Below, piece by piece: positions 1-11,344 of a DNA stretch of 64,000 bases (positions are counted from its first letter, which is position 1; each line of letters starts with the position of its first letter). The notes beneath the pieces are model-generated. The model made no database searches and had not been told where the DNA came from. It saw nothing but the letters and a program-made list of their open reading frames with translations. The stretch covers positions 96,001-160,000 of the forward strand of contig JBDRWW010000002.1 in NCBI GenBank assembly GCA_039802605.1. Direction: 5' to 3'. The stretch is from a candidate division WOR-3 bacterium. Its GTDB lineage: Bacteria; Hydrothermota; Hydrothermia; LBFQ01. The position numbers and the translations under genes are program-made.

Positions 1-303
1 TCACACCTACCATTTGAGGCGATTCTCCTCGTATTATTCTTCCCCTTTGTCGATACCACATTAACATTCATAAGGAGGGTTGTTAAAGGAAAAAATATAT
101 TTTTAAGGGATGAGGAGCATATACATCATAAAATAACGGATATTTTGGGGGATAGGTTGGGTTTAGCCCTTATCTTCGTATTGAATGTATTGGGTGCGGT
201 TTTATCCTATTTTTATTTAAATGTGGGGAATTACCTAAGTTTGCTTTTTGGATATTTGGTTTGGGTATTTGTGATATTTATGTGTTATCGTTATAAAAGG
301 TAA
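1..303 (+). CDS. WecA/TagO-type (MraY family, GT4) undecaprenyl-phosphate GlcNAc-1-P transferase, 3' part only
   Basis: Manual frame-1 translation: P.VDT..TFIRRVVKGKNIFLRDEEHIHHK plus TM helices; TAA at 301-303; 5' end outside window. Confidence 0.75.
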   Translation, partial: SHLPFEAILLVLFFPFVDTTLTFIRRVVKGKNIFLRDEEHIHHKITDILGDRLGLALIFVLNVLGAVLSYFYLNVGNYLSLLFGYLVWVFVIFMCYRYKR

Positions 304-328
304 TATTTCGGATATAGAATACCTTCTT

Positions 329-2248
329 ATGCTTGTAGTAGCCCTTGAAATAAAAACCGAACCAAACTCTTATATAAAGGTCTTGCCAGAAAATGTGGGT
401 ATATATTCGGATGCTAAGGGTTATGCAAAGGTTCAAGTTAAACCCGGAGAAAAGGCTATAATAATAACCCATATAGCGTACAAGGTTGAAACCACAAAGG
501 TTTTTATCAAAAGGGATACCCTTTTGAAAATCTCCTTAGTCCCAAAATCTTACATATTACCCGAGGTTTTCGTTTCGGCTGAAGATAAAGAATTTAAAGG
601 TAAAACCTTTGAACCTTACAGGATAAACTACGAGGTTTTACAGAATTCTCCCAATTTTATAGAGCCTGATCCCCTAAGGGTTATGGTTAAAATACCTTCC
701 GTAAAATTCGCAAGCGATTTGGGTTTAAAGGTTTCCGTTATGAACTCCCCACCCGAAGAAACACCATTCTTTTTGGACGGTATAAGGATTTTTAATCCCG
801 TACATCTTGGGGGATTATCCTCGGTTTTGGATGTGAATTTGCTCTCATATATGGAGTTTTATCCAATGCCTTATTACTCCAACATTTATGGGTTATCGGG
901 AAGCGTTAATTTAAAGAGTATAAACTTTTTAACAGCACAAAACAAAAACTTTTTAGACCTCAGTTTTATATCGGCAAAAGGAGGATTTATTAGGAATTCG
1001 GGGAATTGGTATTTGACATCATCCCTCCGCGGTTTTCATTTGGGATACATATCCCTTTTGGCGGATAGGAATTTACCTTATATTTTCTACGATGGATTTT
1101 TAAAGGGGGGTTGGAATTTCCGTTGGGGTGAGGTTGGTTTTGCGGCACTGGGTTCAAATGGGATGTTTGATTATAAATCCGAAAGAACGACTATAAGGGC
1201 GGATTGGAAGAACACGATAATATACACATACTTAAATTCCGGAAACTTTTCCTTTAAAACCTATTATGCGGACTATGAAAATAGGATATTTTCATCCCTG
1301 TTGGGTATGAGACCGGAAGGTGAAGATGTTTCCTATAAGGATAACCCTATAAATTTTCTTGGTATAAGGGCGGAATACGACGGTGGGTGGTTGTCCATAG
1401 GTTATAACGGTGAGTATTACAAAACCGAATACTATTCTATAAACCCTTACAGGCTTAGGGAAAGCAAACCTTTTATAAATTGGGCGTATATTCAGATAAC
1501 CTATCCCACATCTTATTTTGTCTTATCAACGGGTTTAAGGGGCAATGGTAAGTATTTTGATCCGAACCTTTCATTAAAAACATTTATTACCGGAACCGTA
1601 TCTTTGCGGGGATTTTTTGCCACATCAACGGATTACTTTTATGGATTTCCAATGGAAAATTCTGGTGGTTTGAGGTTTTATTATTTTATGCCTTCGTTTT
1701 ATACATTTACGGATTTACCCCAGAGGGCATATTTTTGGGGTTTGGAAATCCTAAGGAGAGCGGAAAACTATTCCGCATTTGTACAATTAATATACAGAAA
1801 TTACTTGCGGATTTATGATGATTTCATTCCCAAAACCGGATTCGCTAAGGGGATAAACTTGGGGTATAACGGCAATTTCCTTGGAGGTTCTTCTTCAATT
1901 TGGTATTCATATGTTATAAGGGAACCGAAAACTTTTATGGATTCGCCAAACTCATTTGGTTTTTCGTATGCCCGCAACCTTAGGGGTAAAAGTGTTGGGC
2001 TTTCGTTCTATTACCATACGGGATATCCAAAGGATGGGGAAAGGTATCCCGATTATCACAGGCTTGATGTGTATATAAGCGGAAAGTTAAAGATATTAAA
2101 GGCCGTAGGATATTGGAACTTCACCGTTATAAACCTATACAATCGCAAAAATGTATTCCTGGTTTATTACGATTACAGAGAGGGGGAATACAAAACGGTT
2201 CCACAACTCCCGTTAGCGCCGACTTTAAGCATAGGATTACAATTTTGA
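329..2248 (+). CDS. TonB-dependent receptor-like outer membrane protein
   Basis: N-terminal CarboxypepD_reg-like region, plug motif (FFLDGIRIFNPVHLGGLSS), YHRLD..NLYNRKN, C-terminal Phe. Confidence 0.75.
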   Translation: MLVVALEIKTEPNSYIKVLPENVGIYSDAKGYAKVQVKPGEKAIIITHIAYKVETTKVFIKRDTLLKISLVPKSYILPEVFVSAEDKEFKGKTFEPYRINYEVLQNSPNFIEPDPLRVMVKIPSVKFASDLGLKVSVMNSPPEETPFFLDGIRIFNPVHLGGLSSVLDVNLLSYMEFYPMPYYSNIYGLSGSVNLKSINFLTAQNKNFLDLSFISAKGGFIRNSGNWYLTSSLRGFHLGYISLLADRNLPYIFYDGFLKGGWNFRWGEVGFAALGSNGMFDYKSERTTIRADWKNTIIYTYLNSGNFSFKTYYADYENRIFSSLLGMRPEGEDVSYKDNPINFLGIRAEYDGGWLSIGYNGEYYKTEYYSINPYRLRESKPFINWAYIQITYPTSYFVLSTGLRGNGKYFDPNLSLKTFITGTVSLRGFFATSTDYFYGFPMENSGGLRFYYFMPSFYTFTDLPQRAYFWGLEILRRAENYSAFVQLIYRNYLRIYDDFIPKTGFAKGINLGYNGNFLGGSSSIWYSYVIREPKTFMDSPNSFGFSYARNLRGKSVGLSFYYHTGYPKDGERYPDYHRLDVYISGKLKILKAVGYWNFTVINLYNRKNVFLVYYDYREGEYKTVPQLPLAPTLSIGLQF

Positions 2249-3054
2249 TGAAATACTTTTCGGATTTTCTCGGAAGGTATGTAGAAATTCCGGATAAACC
2301 TAAGAGAATAGTTTCCCTTGCCCCGGATATTACGGAAACGCTTTTCCGTTTAGGGGTTGGCGATAGGGTTGTTGGGATAAGTTTGTATTGCAATAGGCCT
2401 AAGGATAGGTTAAACGGTATCCCAAGGGTTGGGGCATATTTAAATGTTTTGTGGGATAAACTTGAAAGGTTAAACCCCGATCTCGTATTTTTAACAACGG
2501 GGGCACAGAGAAATGTCGCCGAAGGTATGTTAAACAGGGGTTTTCCGGTTGTAGTTTTAAGCGTTCCGAATTCCGTATTCGGCATATTTGAAAACATAAG
2601 AAAGGTTGGCTTGGCCGTTGACGAGGTTAAAAGGGCCGACGAATTGGTTTTTTATCTTATGGGTAAATTGTGGGAATTGTATTCGCATAAAGTTTTTGTG
2701 AGGGTTTATTACGAGGTGGATCTGGGAGGATCAATAACGGCGGGGGGTCCGAGTTATATTACGCAGGCTTTAAGGTTCTTGGGTTTGGAAAACATTTATT
2801 CGCATAAAAGGGATTCGTACTTTAAACCTGACGATAAAGAAACGAAATCTTTGGGTTTTGACTTAATTCTTTTTGAACCAAAACCGGAAAGGAAATATAC
2901 GGAAGAAAAGATCAAAGAGGGTTTAAAGGAGCGTTTTGGCAATGTTCCTATTTTGATATTGGAACCCGATTCATTAGCGCATTACGGACCGGCTTTGATA
3001 GATGAGGTTTTACCGAAATTATGCAAAAAATTGGAGAAGTTTTCCCAAAAATAA
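2248..3054 (+). CDS. BtuF/TroA-superfamily (helical backbone) cobalamin/Fe-siderophore binding protein
   Basis: PKRIVSLAPDITETLF.LG.GDRVVG, LNPDLVF motifs; ATG 2248 overlaps upstream TGA (longer ORF-track start unlikely). Confidence 0.8.
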   Translation: MKYFSDFLGRYVEIPDKPKRIVSLAPDITETLFRLGVGDRVVGISLYCNRPKDRLNGIPRVGAYLNVLWDKLERLNPDLVFLTTGAQRNVAEGMLNRGFPVVVLSVPNSVFGIFENIRKVGLAVDEVKRADELVFYLMGKLWELYSHKVFVRVYYEVDLGGSITAGGPSYITQALRFLGLENIYSHKRDSYFKPDDKETKSLGFDLILFEPKPERKYTEEKIKEGLKERFGNVPILILEPDSLAHYGPALIDEVLPKLCKKLEKFSQK

Positions 3055-3857
3055 GATTTTAAAATCCCTTTTGGTAAAATTTTTGCAAGGTTTTTTATCC
3101 GTTTTGGATACTCCAAGCAATGCACGACATTATTTTTACCCAAACCATAAAAATCGGAACCCGATGCAATTCCACCCTTAAACACCTCGGAAAGGTTAAT
3201 TATGGTATCCGCAATATCATAAATATCAACCCGCCTTTCAAAAAACAAATGACCGTATCCCAAACCCAAAACCCCACCGTTATCGTAAATTGCCTTTGCA
3301 ATCTCATAGTTTAAATTTCTCATATTTTTGGGATCTTTTAAAATTCCACCGTGGGAATATATTGCACCTTTGTATAATTCAACGGTTTGCAAAATTGCAT
3401 CATAAGACGCATGGGCGAGATCAACCAAAACACCTTTTTCCTTTGCCCAATGCAGGAATTCAATGCCAAAGGATGTTAAACCCTTTCCATTTTCACAGGA
3501 CCCGGAAAGTTCAGAAGGTATATTCCAAGTTAATCCGAAAAGTCTAACACCTTCTTTGTAAAGTTTTTCGTAGTGTTTTAAATCGTTTAAGTATCCCCCT
3601 TCAAGCCCTATGATTATGTTTAAGGCACTTTCGTCTAAGCCATGCCAGTCGGTTAAAAGGTTTGTATTTTTATCCATTGCCGCTTTATATTTTTTAACAC
3701 CTTCCAATATATCGTCAAAATCCCAAACCCTCTTCCCCGAAATGGGAAAAACCACCGCCACAACCAACCTATAACCCATTCTATAAAGGTCCTGAAAAAT
3801 CCCTTTTATATCTTCCCCTGAGATTAAAATATCCTGATGTAGATCTGCTATTTTCAA
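2982..3857 (-). CDS. Membrane dipeptidase (peptidase M19) family
   Basis: DLHQD, GLEG, LTWN, VDLAH, SH..RN, GSDF motifs. Confidence 0.85.
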   Translation of the reverse strand: MKIADLHQDILISGEDIKGIFQDLYRMGYRLVVAVVFPISGKRVWDFDDILEGVKKYKAAMDKNTNLLTDWHGLDESALNIIIGLEGGYLNDLKHYEKLYKEGVRLFGLTWNIPSELSGSCENGKGLTSFGIEFLHWAKEKGVLVDLAHASYDAILQTVELYKGAIYSHGGILKDPKNMRNLNYEIAKAIYDNGGVLGLGYGHLFFERRVDIYDIADTIINLSEVFKGGIASGSDFYGLGKNNVVHCLEYPKRIKNLAKILPKGILKSYFWENFSNFLHNFGKTSSIKAGP

Positions 3858-4369
3858 GGTTGGGGTTTTAAGAACAAACTATCGGAAATTTCAACATTTA
3901 ATTTGATATTTTTAAAGTTTATCTCAATCCAATCCGAAAAGTTGTAAATTTTCACCCTTTTGGGTAAATAGTCCTTTGTTATGAACACCACGATAGAATC
4001 AAAACCCACGGTTTCTTCTGAAGTTAGCTTCAATTTCCAACCGTCCCTAATATTTGTTTCCTTAACATCAAAACCTTCATAGTTCCCGCGCAGAAAATCC
4101 GATAGATTATACGGCATGGGTTGGCTCATAACCTCCCCCTTATAAAAAATCCAAGTTGAATCGCCGTTGGATATGACTACATATTTTTCGGGCTCATACA
4201 ATTCCCACCTGAAAAAGGAGGGTTTCTTTATATAAACATTCCCCTTATATACGGTTTTCTGCCCTTGGAAATATGTTGTTTGCACAATTTCAGCTTTAAA
4301 TGTGTTCGTCCCCTCCATTTTCCCCTTGATATTATCAATCACAGAAGCCATAAGAAATACCAACACCAT
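3854..4369 (-). CDS. lolA: Outer-membrane lipoprotein carrier LolA
   Basis: G.VYIKKP..FRWE.YEP...VISNG..TWIF; start placed at ATG 4369, 6 nt after TATAAT. Confidence 0.75.
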   Translation of the reverse strand: MVLVFLMASVIDNIKGKMEGTNTFKAEIVQTTYFQGQKTVYKGNVYIKKPSFFRWELYEPEKYVVISNGDSTWIFYKGEVMSQPMPYNLSDFLRGNYEGFDVKETNIRDGWKLKLTSEETVGFDSIVVFITKDYLPKRVKIYNFSDWIEINFKNIKLNVEISDSLFLKPQP

Positions 4370-4438
4370 CCGGATATTATAAACCTGGAATATTTTCACC
4401 GAAAATAAAGTAATAATTCGGCCTTAGAATAAAAGTGT

Positions 4439-4966
4439 ATGGGGATAACGGTTAAGGAAAAAGTTTGGACATATAGGGATTATTTGAAACTCGAAGATGA
4501 TAAACGCTATGAGGTTATTAACGGGAGGTTGGTAGAGATGCCCGCACCAAACTTTGAACATCAGGAAATTTTAAGGGATATAGGAGGCCTTGTTTGGAAT
4601 TTTGTTAAGAAAATGGACAAAGGAAGCATAGGATACGCCCCTTTTGATGTAATACTATCGGAAAATATCGTAGTTCAGACGGATATAGCTTTTATATCCA
4701 AGGATAACTTGAAAAATATAAGAGAAGGCCGTTTGTTTGGCTCCCCAGACATGGTTGTTGAAATAGTATCGCCGGGAAGTTATATGTATGAGGAGTTTGG
4801 TGTTAAGGAATATTGGATAGTTTTACCCGGTGAAAGGGTAGTGGAGGTATGGGTTTTGGGTGAGAAGGGACAGTATGAACTTTACTCCTTTGCGGAAAAA
4901 GAAGGTAAAGTTAAAAGCAAGGTTTTAGAAGGTTTAGAGGTTGATTTAAAGGAGGTGTTTGGATGA
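4439..4966 (+). CDS. Uma2-family endonuclease-fold protein, copy 1 (internal 9-aa deletion; possibly degenerate)
   Basis: RYEVINGRL, PD..VEIVSP, GVKEYWIV; lacks the D..xK..Y helix present in copy 2. Confidence 0.85.
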   Translation: MGITVKEKVWTYRDYLKLEDDKRYEVINGRLVEMPAPNFEHQEILRDIGGLVWNFVKKMDKGSIGYAPFDVILSENIVVQTDIAFISKDNLKNIREGRLFGSPDMVVEIVSPGSYMYEEFGVKEYWIVLPGERVVEVWVLGEKGQYELYSFAEKEGKVKSKVLEGLEVDLKEVFG

Positions 4967-5472
4967 ATACGGAAGTTAAGGAAAAGATTTGGACTTATGA
5001 GGATTATTTAAAACTTGATGATGATAAACGCTATGAGGTTATTAATGGGAGGTTGGTAGAGATGGCCGCGCATACTCCTTGGCATCAAAAGATTTCGGCA
5101 AGGATATTTCTAATAATCTCAAAATTTCTAAAAGAAGGGGAATTATACTTTTCTCCCATAGATGTTTTATTCAGTGAGGATGTTGTATTACAGCCGGATA
5201 TAGTTTATGTTTCAAAGGAAAGACTTGGCATAATAGGGGAAAAGGCAATAATGGGTGTTCCCGACTTGGTTGTTGAAATAGTTTCGCCATCAACGACTAG
5301 GAGGGATACCGCAGTCAAGAAGGGGATATATGAAAATTTTGGTGTTAAGGAATATTGGATTGTTTATCCCGATGAAAAGGCGATAGAGGTGTGGGTTTTA
5401 AATGAAAGCGGAAAGTATCAACTTTATTCCTTTGCAGAAAAAGAGGGGAAGGTTAAAAGTAAGTTGATTTAA
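4963..5472 (+). CDS. Uma2-family endonuclease-fold protein, copy 2 (C-terminus frameshifted)
   Basis: Tandem paralogue; QPD, VEIVSP..RRD...K..Y intact; 19-nt deletion near 3' end relative to copy 1. Confidence 0.85.
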   Translation: MNTEVKEKIWTYEDYLKLDDDKRYEVINGRLVEMAAHTPWHQKISARIFLIISKFLKEGELYFSPIDVLFSEDVVLQPDIVYVSKERLGIIGEKAIMGVPDLVVEIVSPSTTRRDTAVKKGIYENFGVKEYWIVYPDEKAIEVWVLNESGKYQLYSFAEKEGKVKSKLI

Positions 5473-5503
5473 AGGAGGTGTTCTCCACCCTATAATTCCC
5501 GCT

Positions 5504-5965
5504 ATGGCCCTTGAAATAGGCGTTATGGCTCCTTTGTTTTCTGCCGTAAATCAGGATGGGGATACGATAAGGTTGGAGGATTTTAGGGGAAAGTGGGTTG
5601 TATTATACTTTTATCCAAAGGATGATACCCCGGGTTGTACTATGGAAGCCAAAGGATTTGAACAACTAAGGGAAGAATTTGAAAGGGAAAACGCCGTCAT
5701 ACTGGGTGTTAGCAGGGATGATGTAAAATCTCACAAAAACTTTTGCACAAAATACGGCTTAAACTTCCACCTATTGGCCGATACGGATGGCAAGATAATT
5801 GAATCCTATAAGGCAAAGGGTGGTTTGTTTACGAAAAGGATGACATATCTCATAGATCCCGAAGGGAAAATAGCCTTTGTTTGGAAGAAGGTTAATCCCA
5901 GCGGACACGCAAGGGAGGTTATTGAGAAGTTAAGGGAATTAAAAAATGCCGGTAATAAGGAGTAA
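5504..5965 (+). CDS. bcp: Peroxiredoxin, BCP/PrxQ family
   Basis: [15 protein letters not shown] motif. Confidence 0.92.
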   Translation: MALEIGVMAPLFSAVNQDGDTIRLEDFRGKWVVLYFYPKDDTPGCTMEAKGFEQLREEFERENAVILGVSRDDVKSHKNFCTKYGLNFHLLADTDGKIIESYKAKGGLFTKRMTYLIDPEGKIAFVWKKVNPSGHAREVIEKLRELKNAGNKE

Positions 5966-7553
5966 TATAAAGACAAATTCACCGGAATTTAAAGAAAATT
6001 ACGAATTCAACAAGGCAAAGGTTGAAGAGTTCAAAAGGATACTTGAAGAGGTTAGACATAAAAGGGATGAAAAGGCTGTAAAATTGCACAGGCAAAGGGG
6101 GAAACTCTTGGCAAGGGAAAGGGTGGAAAAACTAATAGATCCCGGAACCCCCTTCCTTGAACTCTCGCCTTTGGCGGCTTATGGTATGTATAACAATGAG
6201 GTTCCACAGGCCGGTATAATAACGGGTATAGGTATAATAGAGGGTAAAGAAGCCGTGATAGTTGCAAATGATGCAACCGTAAAGGGTGGAACATACTTTC
6301 CGGAAACCATAAAGAAACACATAAGGGCACAGGAAATAGCATTGGAAAACAAATTGCCAATAGTTTATCTCGTTGATTCGGGAGGTGTGTTTTTACCCCT
6401 CCAATCCGAGGTGTTTCCGGATAAGGAACATTTTGGAAGGATTTTTTACAACCAGGCGGTTATGTCTTCCCTAGGTATTCCCCAGATAGCCTGCGTTATG
6501 GGGATGTGTACGGCGGGTGGGGCATATGTGCCCGCAATGTCTGATGAGAACATAATAGTTAAGGGAACGGGTACGATTTACTTAGCAGGTCCCCCTTTGG
6601 TTAAGGCCGCTACGGGTGAGGAGGTTGATGAGCAGAGTTTGGGAGGCGGTGTTATGCACTCAACCATATCGGGCGTAACAGATCATTTAGCCGAAAACGA
6701 CGAGGAGGCCATTGAAATACTCCGCTCTATTTTCAGAAACCTTAACATAACGAAAAAAATACCCTTGGAATTAAGGGAGCCCGAGGAACCCCTGTACGAT
6801 CCGGATGAAATATACGGGATTTTACCAAAAGATTTGAGGAAACCCTTTGACATGAGGGAACTTATAGCAAGGATAGTGGATGGAAGCGAATTTCACGAGT
6901 TTAAGGCGAATTACGGTACAACCTTGGTTTGCGGGTTCGCCCATATAAACGGAATACCCGTGGGAATATTGGCAAATAATGGTGTCCTTTTCAGCGAATC
7001 GGCTCTAAAAGGGGCACACTTCATAATGCTTGCCGACCAGAGAAGGATACCATTGATATTTTTACAAAACATTACGGGCTTTATGGTTGGAAGAAAATAC
7101 GAGGAGGAAGGTATTACAAAACACGGTGCAAAAATGGTTCAGGCCGTATCAACCGCAACCGTTCCAAAAATAACAATAATTGTTGGGGGTTCCCATGGGG
7201 CGGGGAATTATGCTATGTGTGGTAGGGCTTATAATCCCCGGTTTTTGTTTATGTATCCCAACGCGAGGATATCCGTTATGGGGGCGGATCAGGCGGCGAC
7301 GGTAATGGTAATTATCAACGAAAACAAGTACAAGAGGATGGGGAAAGAAATGCCGGAAGAGGAAAAGGAAAGAATAATAAGGGAAATATATGAGGAATAC
7401 GAAAGGGAAGGGAACGCATACTACTCAACCGCAAGGCTTTGGGATGACGGAATAATAGACCCAAAGGAAACGAGGGAAATATTAACCTTTGCTTTGTCCG
7501 TGGCCATAAACAATATCCCTGAGTATAGAGGCTTTCCCGTGTTTAGATTTTGA
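5946..7553 (+). CDS. Acyl-CoA carboxylase beta subunit (methylcrotonyl-CoA carboxylase type)
   Basis: [41 protein letters not shown]. Confidence 0.9.
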   Translation: MPVIRSNIKTNSPEFKENYEFNKAKVEEFKRILEEVRHKRDEKAVKLHRQRGKLLARERVEKLIDPGTPFLELSPLAAYGMYNNEVPQAGIITGIGIIEGKEAVIVANDATVKGGTYFPETIKKHIRAQEIALENKLPIVYLVDSGGVFLPLQSEVFPDKEHFGRIFYNQAVMSSLGIPQIACVMGMCTAGGAYVPAMSDENIIVKGTGTIYLAGPPLVKAATGEEVDEQSLGGGVMHSTISGVTDHLAENDEEAIEILRSIFRNLNITKKIPLELREPEEPLYDPDEIYGILPKDLRKPFDMRELIARIVDGSEFHEFKANYGTTLVCGFAHINGIPVGILANNGVLFSESALKGAHFIMLADQRRIPLIFLQNITGFMVGRKYEEEGITKHGAKMVQAVSTATVPKITIIVGGSHGAGNYAMCGRAYNPRFLFMYPNARISVMGADQAATVMVIINENKYKRMGKEMPEEEKERIIREIYEEYEREGNAYYSTARLWDDGIIDPKETREILTFALSVAINNIPEYRGFPVFRF

Positions 7554-7583
7554 TATTCCACAAAAGCCTTTAAAATTTGTATT

Positions 7584-8210
7584 TTATAAGGCCGGGAAGT
7601 TTATGCCCTCGTTTTTTAAAAGCAATTGGTCAAATATTCCAAAATGTATATGTTTTCCCACCCTTTTTAACTCCCTTAGGACATCCTTAAGCCTTTCCTT
7701 TTTAATGTAAATCAAAACATTCCTGCAAATTACGGCATCAAAAGATCTGTCCTTAAAGGGCAAGTTTAATATATTTCCCAAAACGAAATCGGTATTGTTT
7801 TGAAGGTTTTGGGGAACCCTCCACAGAGAACCCCACCTTATAAGGAAATTCTCCTTCATACCCCGTAGGGAATATGTCGTGTATATCCCAACCCTTGCGT
7901 TTACAAGATTTTTTAAGGACATATCAAGGCCAACCACATAACAAAATATACCTAGCAAACCGCAAATATACTTAATCGTATAAACCTCCTCCCCCCTACC
8001 ACACCCCACGGACAAAACCCTTATACTCTTCTTAACAGAAAAGTTCTCGTTAAAAAACTTTAACAAACTCTCCTTTTCCCTGAGGAAATATCCCTCTGCT
8101 ACCGATACCTTATTAAGAGCCTCTAATAAGTTATCCGCCTCTATAAGTTTATCTACTTTTAACCCAAAATTCCTTTCCAAAATATCGTTAAATATCACAC
8201 CCTTTCCCAC
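7584..8210 (-). CDS. CheR-like SAM-dependent methyltransferase
   Basis: EGYFLRE, SVGCGRGEE.Y, FDAVICRNVLIY. Confidence 0.7.
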   Translation of the reverse strand: MGKGVIFNDILERNFGLKVDKLIEADNLLEALNKVSVAEGYFLREKESLLKFFNENFSVKKSIRVLSVGCGRGEEVYTIKYICGLLGIFCYVVGLDMSLKNLVNARVGIYTTYSLRGMKENFLIRWGSLWRVPQNLQNNTDFVLGNILNLPFKDRSFDAVICRNVLIYIKKERLKDVLRELKRVGKHIHFGIFDQLLLKNEGINFPAL

Positions 8211-8983
8211 ATATAGTCCAAAATCTCCTTAAAATGCTCCAAAACACCTATACGGTTTAAATTCCATTCCACACCCCATAGGTATTCTTTCGCCCTATCC
8301 TTGGATAATTCCAATGGGTTAGGGAGCCCTATCCTTTTATATATTTGGGGTAATGTGGGTTTTCCCTCATCCTCATAATAATCGTCGCAGTCGTCAAGTA
8401 TTTGAAATGCCAATCCAAACATCCTACCGGCATCCCTTAATTGGGGGTTTTCAAAACCGCTTAAAAGGGCGCCGGTTTCAAAAGCAACCTCGTAAAGCGT
8501 TGCGGTTTTTTTGTATATTATATCAAGGTATATGTGTTCATCGTATTCTTCGGAACTTATTAACTCTTCCCTATACTGACCCAAAGACATATTATAGACG
8601 GCGAAAGAGAGTTTTTGCGAAAACAGGGTATATTTTGATATTAAACTTAAAGCCTTTGTAAAGAGCAAATCCCCCACAATAACGGCTAAATTCGTCGGCA
8701 GAATTTTGTTTAACACCTTACCCCCCCTTCTGGTTTCGGCATTGTCCATTATATCGTCATGTATCAGAGAGGCGGCGTGTATCATTTCCAGAGCATAACC
8801 CGTATTTATTGTGTCTTCTAAGGGTATATCGTAAATCTCCCCACTTATATGAGAAATTATTGCCCTAAGCCTTTTACCCTTTATAAGGTATCTTGGTACT
8901 TTAAAAAAATCGGCCTCTTGTTCCAAAATTTTTTCAAGTGCTTCAAGATAGTACGAAAACTTTTCCTTAAACTTATACATCAA
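8195..8983 (-). CDS. trans-polyprenyl diphosphate synthase
   Basis: GKRLR, HDDIMD..RRG, KTA, FQILDDCDD. Confidence 0.9.
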   Translation of the reverse strand: MMYKFKEKFSYYLEALEKILEQEADFFKVPRYLIKGKRLRAIISHISGEIYDIPLEDTINTGYALEMIHAASLIHDDIMDNAETRRGGKVLNKILPTNLAVIVGDLLFTKALSLISKYTLFSQKLSFAVYNMSLGQYREELISSEEYDEHIYLDIIYKKTATLYEVAFETGALLSGFENPQLRDAGRMFGLAFQILDDCDDYYEDEGKPTLPQIYKRIGLPNPLELSKDRAKEYLWGVEWNLNRIGVLEHFKEILDYMWERV

Positions 8984-9728
8984 CTTTCACCTTTTCCTTT
9001 GTTCCATCGTTATAAGCAACAACATAATATCCTGCGATTAGATTTACTTCAACAACCTTACCCTCACCCCTTTCGGTTTTTATTACCGAGTTTAAACTCG
9101 GAACCCTAGGAGCGGCTTGGTCATAAAAGGGAAGTTCGTAGGTTAGACAGCAAAGCAACCTTCCACAGGCACCGGTAAGTTTATCGGGAGCGGCAAACAA
9201 ATATTGCCTTCTGGCCATATCCTGAGAAACCTTTGGTATATTTTTTAAAAAAACCTTACAACACAGCTCCAGACCGCACCTTCCCAACCAACCCACCTCG
9301 GAGGCATATTTCACATGATCCTTAAACAGGAATTCAACCCTTACATGCAAATGCTTTGTCGAGAATAAAACTATATCCTTAAAATCGTAGCGTTTTTCCG
9401 AAACATATTCAACCCTTAAAATCCCATTTTCCGCATCAAAAGTTGAATTTACGATTTTGACCGGAATTTTGTTTTCCCAAACAATCCCTTTGACCATGTT
9501 GGTCATAATATGTTTAACCTCATTTGGGGAAGTGTATCTGTTAAACTTGGCCCTCCTTAATTTCTCCTCTTTTTTTCCCTTTCTAAACTTCAATATCTTT
9601 ACAAGTATAGGCCTTTCTTCGCCTTCAACATCAAGGAATACATATGGACAGGAACTATCATAATTAAACTCCTCGCATATAAAGTGTTCAAATCCTCCCC
9701 CCACAATGGATGTTTCCACTACGCTCAT
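8973..9728 (-). CDS. PSP1-domain / RicT (YaaT)-like Fe-S protein
   Basis: GRCGLELCC ... [16 protein letters not shown]. Confidence 0.8.
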   Translation of the reverse strand: MSVVETSIVGGGFEHFICEEFNYDSSCPYVFLDVEGEERPILVKILKFRKGKKEEKLRRAKFNRYTSPNEVKHIMTNMVKGIVWENKIPVKIVNSTFDAENGILRVEYVSEKRYDFKDIVLFSTKHLHVRVEFLFKDHVKYASEVGWLGRCGLELCCKVFLKNIPKVSQDMARRQYLFAAPDKLTGACGRLLCCLTYELPFYDQAAPRVPSLNSVIKTERGEGKVVEVNLIAGYYVVAYNDGTKEKVKVDV

Positions 9729-9937
9729 TTCCTCTGAATAATCCTACCCCTACTCAAATCGTAGGGGCTTAGTTCCACCAAGACCCTATCCCCCGGTACG
9801 ATTTTTATATATCTAACCCTCATCTTCCCTCCAAGGTGTGCAAGAACCACTATTCCGTTATCAAGTTTCACCTTAAAAAGCGTGTTTGGTAAAACCTCTA
9901 TAACAGTGCCTTCCATACGGATCATCTTACCGGACAT
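9725..9937 (-). CDS. infA: Translation initiation factor IF-1
   Basis: [36 protein letters not shown]. Confidence 0.97.
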   Translation of the reverse strand: MSGKMIRMEGTVIEVLPNTLFKVKLDNGIVVLAHLGGKMRVRYIKIVPGDRVLVELSPYDLSRGRIIQRK

Positions 9938-10703
9938 CTATATCCTCCGTTAAAATTATAGGGCCTTCGCGCGTTACGAATATGGTGTGTTCGTAATGGG
10001 CGGACCACTTCCCATCCTTTGTTACTATTGTCCAACCATCCCTCTTGGATTTAACATCCCCTTTACCCATATTTATCATCGGCTCTATCGCCAAACCCAT
10101 ACCCACCTTAATCCTCCAATCCGCATCAATATCATCCGGATGGTTGAATATTATCGGATCCTCGTGCAATTCCAAACCTATACCGTGTCCCGTTACCCCC
10201 CTTGCGGGTTCAAAACCGTACTTTTTAACCGTATTGTATATAGCATAGGTTATATCGGAAACCTTGTTGCCCTTATACGCAACATTTATTGAGTTATATA
10301 ATGCCTCTTTGGTAGCCTTCATCAAAAGGATTACCCTTTGTGGAACCTCGCCTAAGGCAAATGTCCAAGCGGTATCCGAATGATAACCGTCATACTCAAC
10401 ACCCACATCCACCTTAACTATCATTGGGGCCTTTAATATCTTACTCTCCTTGGGTAATCCGTGAACCACCTCCTCGTTTATTGATATGCATGTGCTATAA
10501 TTATAAATCTTATTGTCCGTTTCGTATCCCAAAAAGGAAGGCCTCCCACCCCTTGAAAGTATAAAATCCCTTATTTCATCGTCTATATACTTCGCACTAA
10601 CGCCATCTTTTATGAGTTTTTTCGCCAAACGCAACGAATCCGACGCAATTTTTGCCGCCTCCTTCATGCCCAATAGGTCGATATCGTTTTTAAGGATTAT
10701 CAT
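9927..10703 (-). CDS. map: Methionine aminopeptidase type I
   Basis: [33 protein letters not shown]. Confidence 0.96.
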   Translation of the reverse strand: MIILKNDIDLLGMKEAAKIASDSLRLAKKLIKDGVSAKYIDDEIRDFILSRGGRPSFLGYETDNKIYNYSTCISINEEVVHGLPKESKILKAPMIVKVDVGVEYDGYHSDTAWTFALGEVPQRVILLMKATKEALYNSINVAYKGNKVSDITYAIYNTVKKYGFEPARGVTGHGIGLELHEDPIIFNHPDDIDADWRIKVGMGLAIEPMINMGKGDVKSKRDGWTIVTKDGKWSAHYEHTIFVTREGPIILTEDIDVR

Positions 10704-11344
10704 AACACCCCCTTAATCCTCTCATAAACCCCCTCATAATCCCCAACACCATCAACCCTTAATAACAACCCCCTTTTATCGTAGAAACTTATGAGAACTT
10801 CCGTGTTTTCCCTATAAACCTTTAACCTATTTCTTACAACCTCCTCCTTATCGTCTTCCCTTTGGATAAGTTTTGATCCACAATAATCGCATATCCCATC
10901 CTCCTTGGGAGGGTTAAAAATAAGGTTATAAACCCTACCGCAATTAACGCACACCCTACGATAAGATATCCTTCTAATTATCTCCTCATCCGGGACATCC
11001 AGCAAAATCACATGGGTTATGTTCAGCCCTTTGCGAGATAGCATTTCATCCAGCGCTTCCGCCTGCGGCATATTCCTCGGGAAGCCGTCAAGTATAAAAT
11101 CCCTATGACCGTTTATCGCCTCTTCTATAATCCCAACTATTATGCTGTCGGGTACCAATTCGCCCCTTTCCATATATTCTTTTGCCCTTTTTCCGAGTTC
11201 CGTACCCTTTGCCACCGCCTCCCTTAAAATGTCCCCTGTTGAAATCTTCTTTATACCCAAATCCCTTGCCAACCTTTCGGCTTGCGTACCTTTCCCCGCA
11301 CCCGGAGGGCCAAGAAAGATTATCCTATACCCATCCCTCTCCAT
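10700..11344 (-). CDS. adk: Adenylate kinase (Zn-lid type)
   Basis: GPPGAGKGTQA, LDGFPR, CVNC/CDYC lid. Confidence 0.97.
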   Translation of the reverse strand: MERDGYRIIFLGPPGAGKGTQAERLARDLGIKKISTGDILREAVAKGTELGKRAKEYMERGELVPDSIIVGIIEEAINGHRDFILDGFPRNMPQAEALDEMLSRKGLNITHVILLDVPDEEIIRRISYRRVCVNCGRVYNLIFNPPKEDGICDYCGSKLIQREDDKEEVVRNRLKVYRENTEVLISFYDKRGLLLRVDGVGDYEGVYERIKGVL

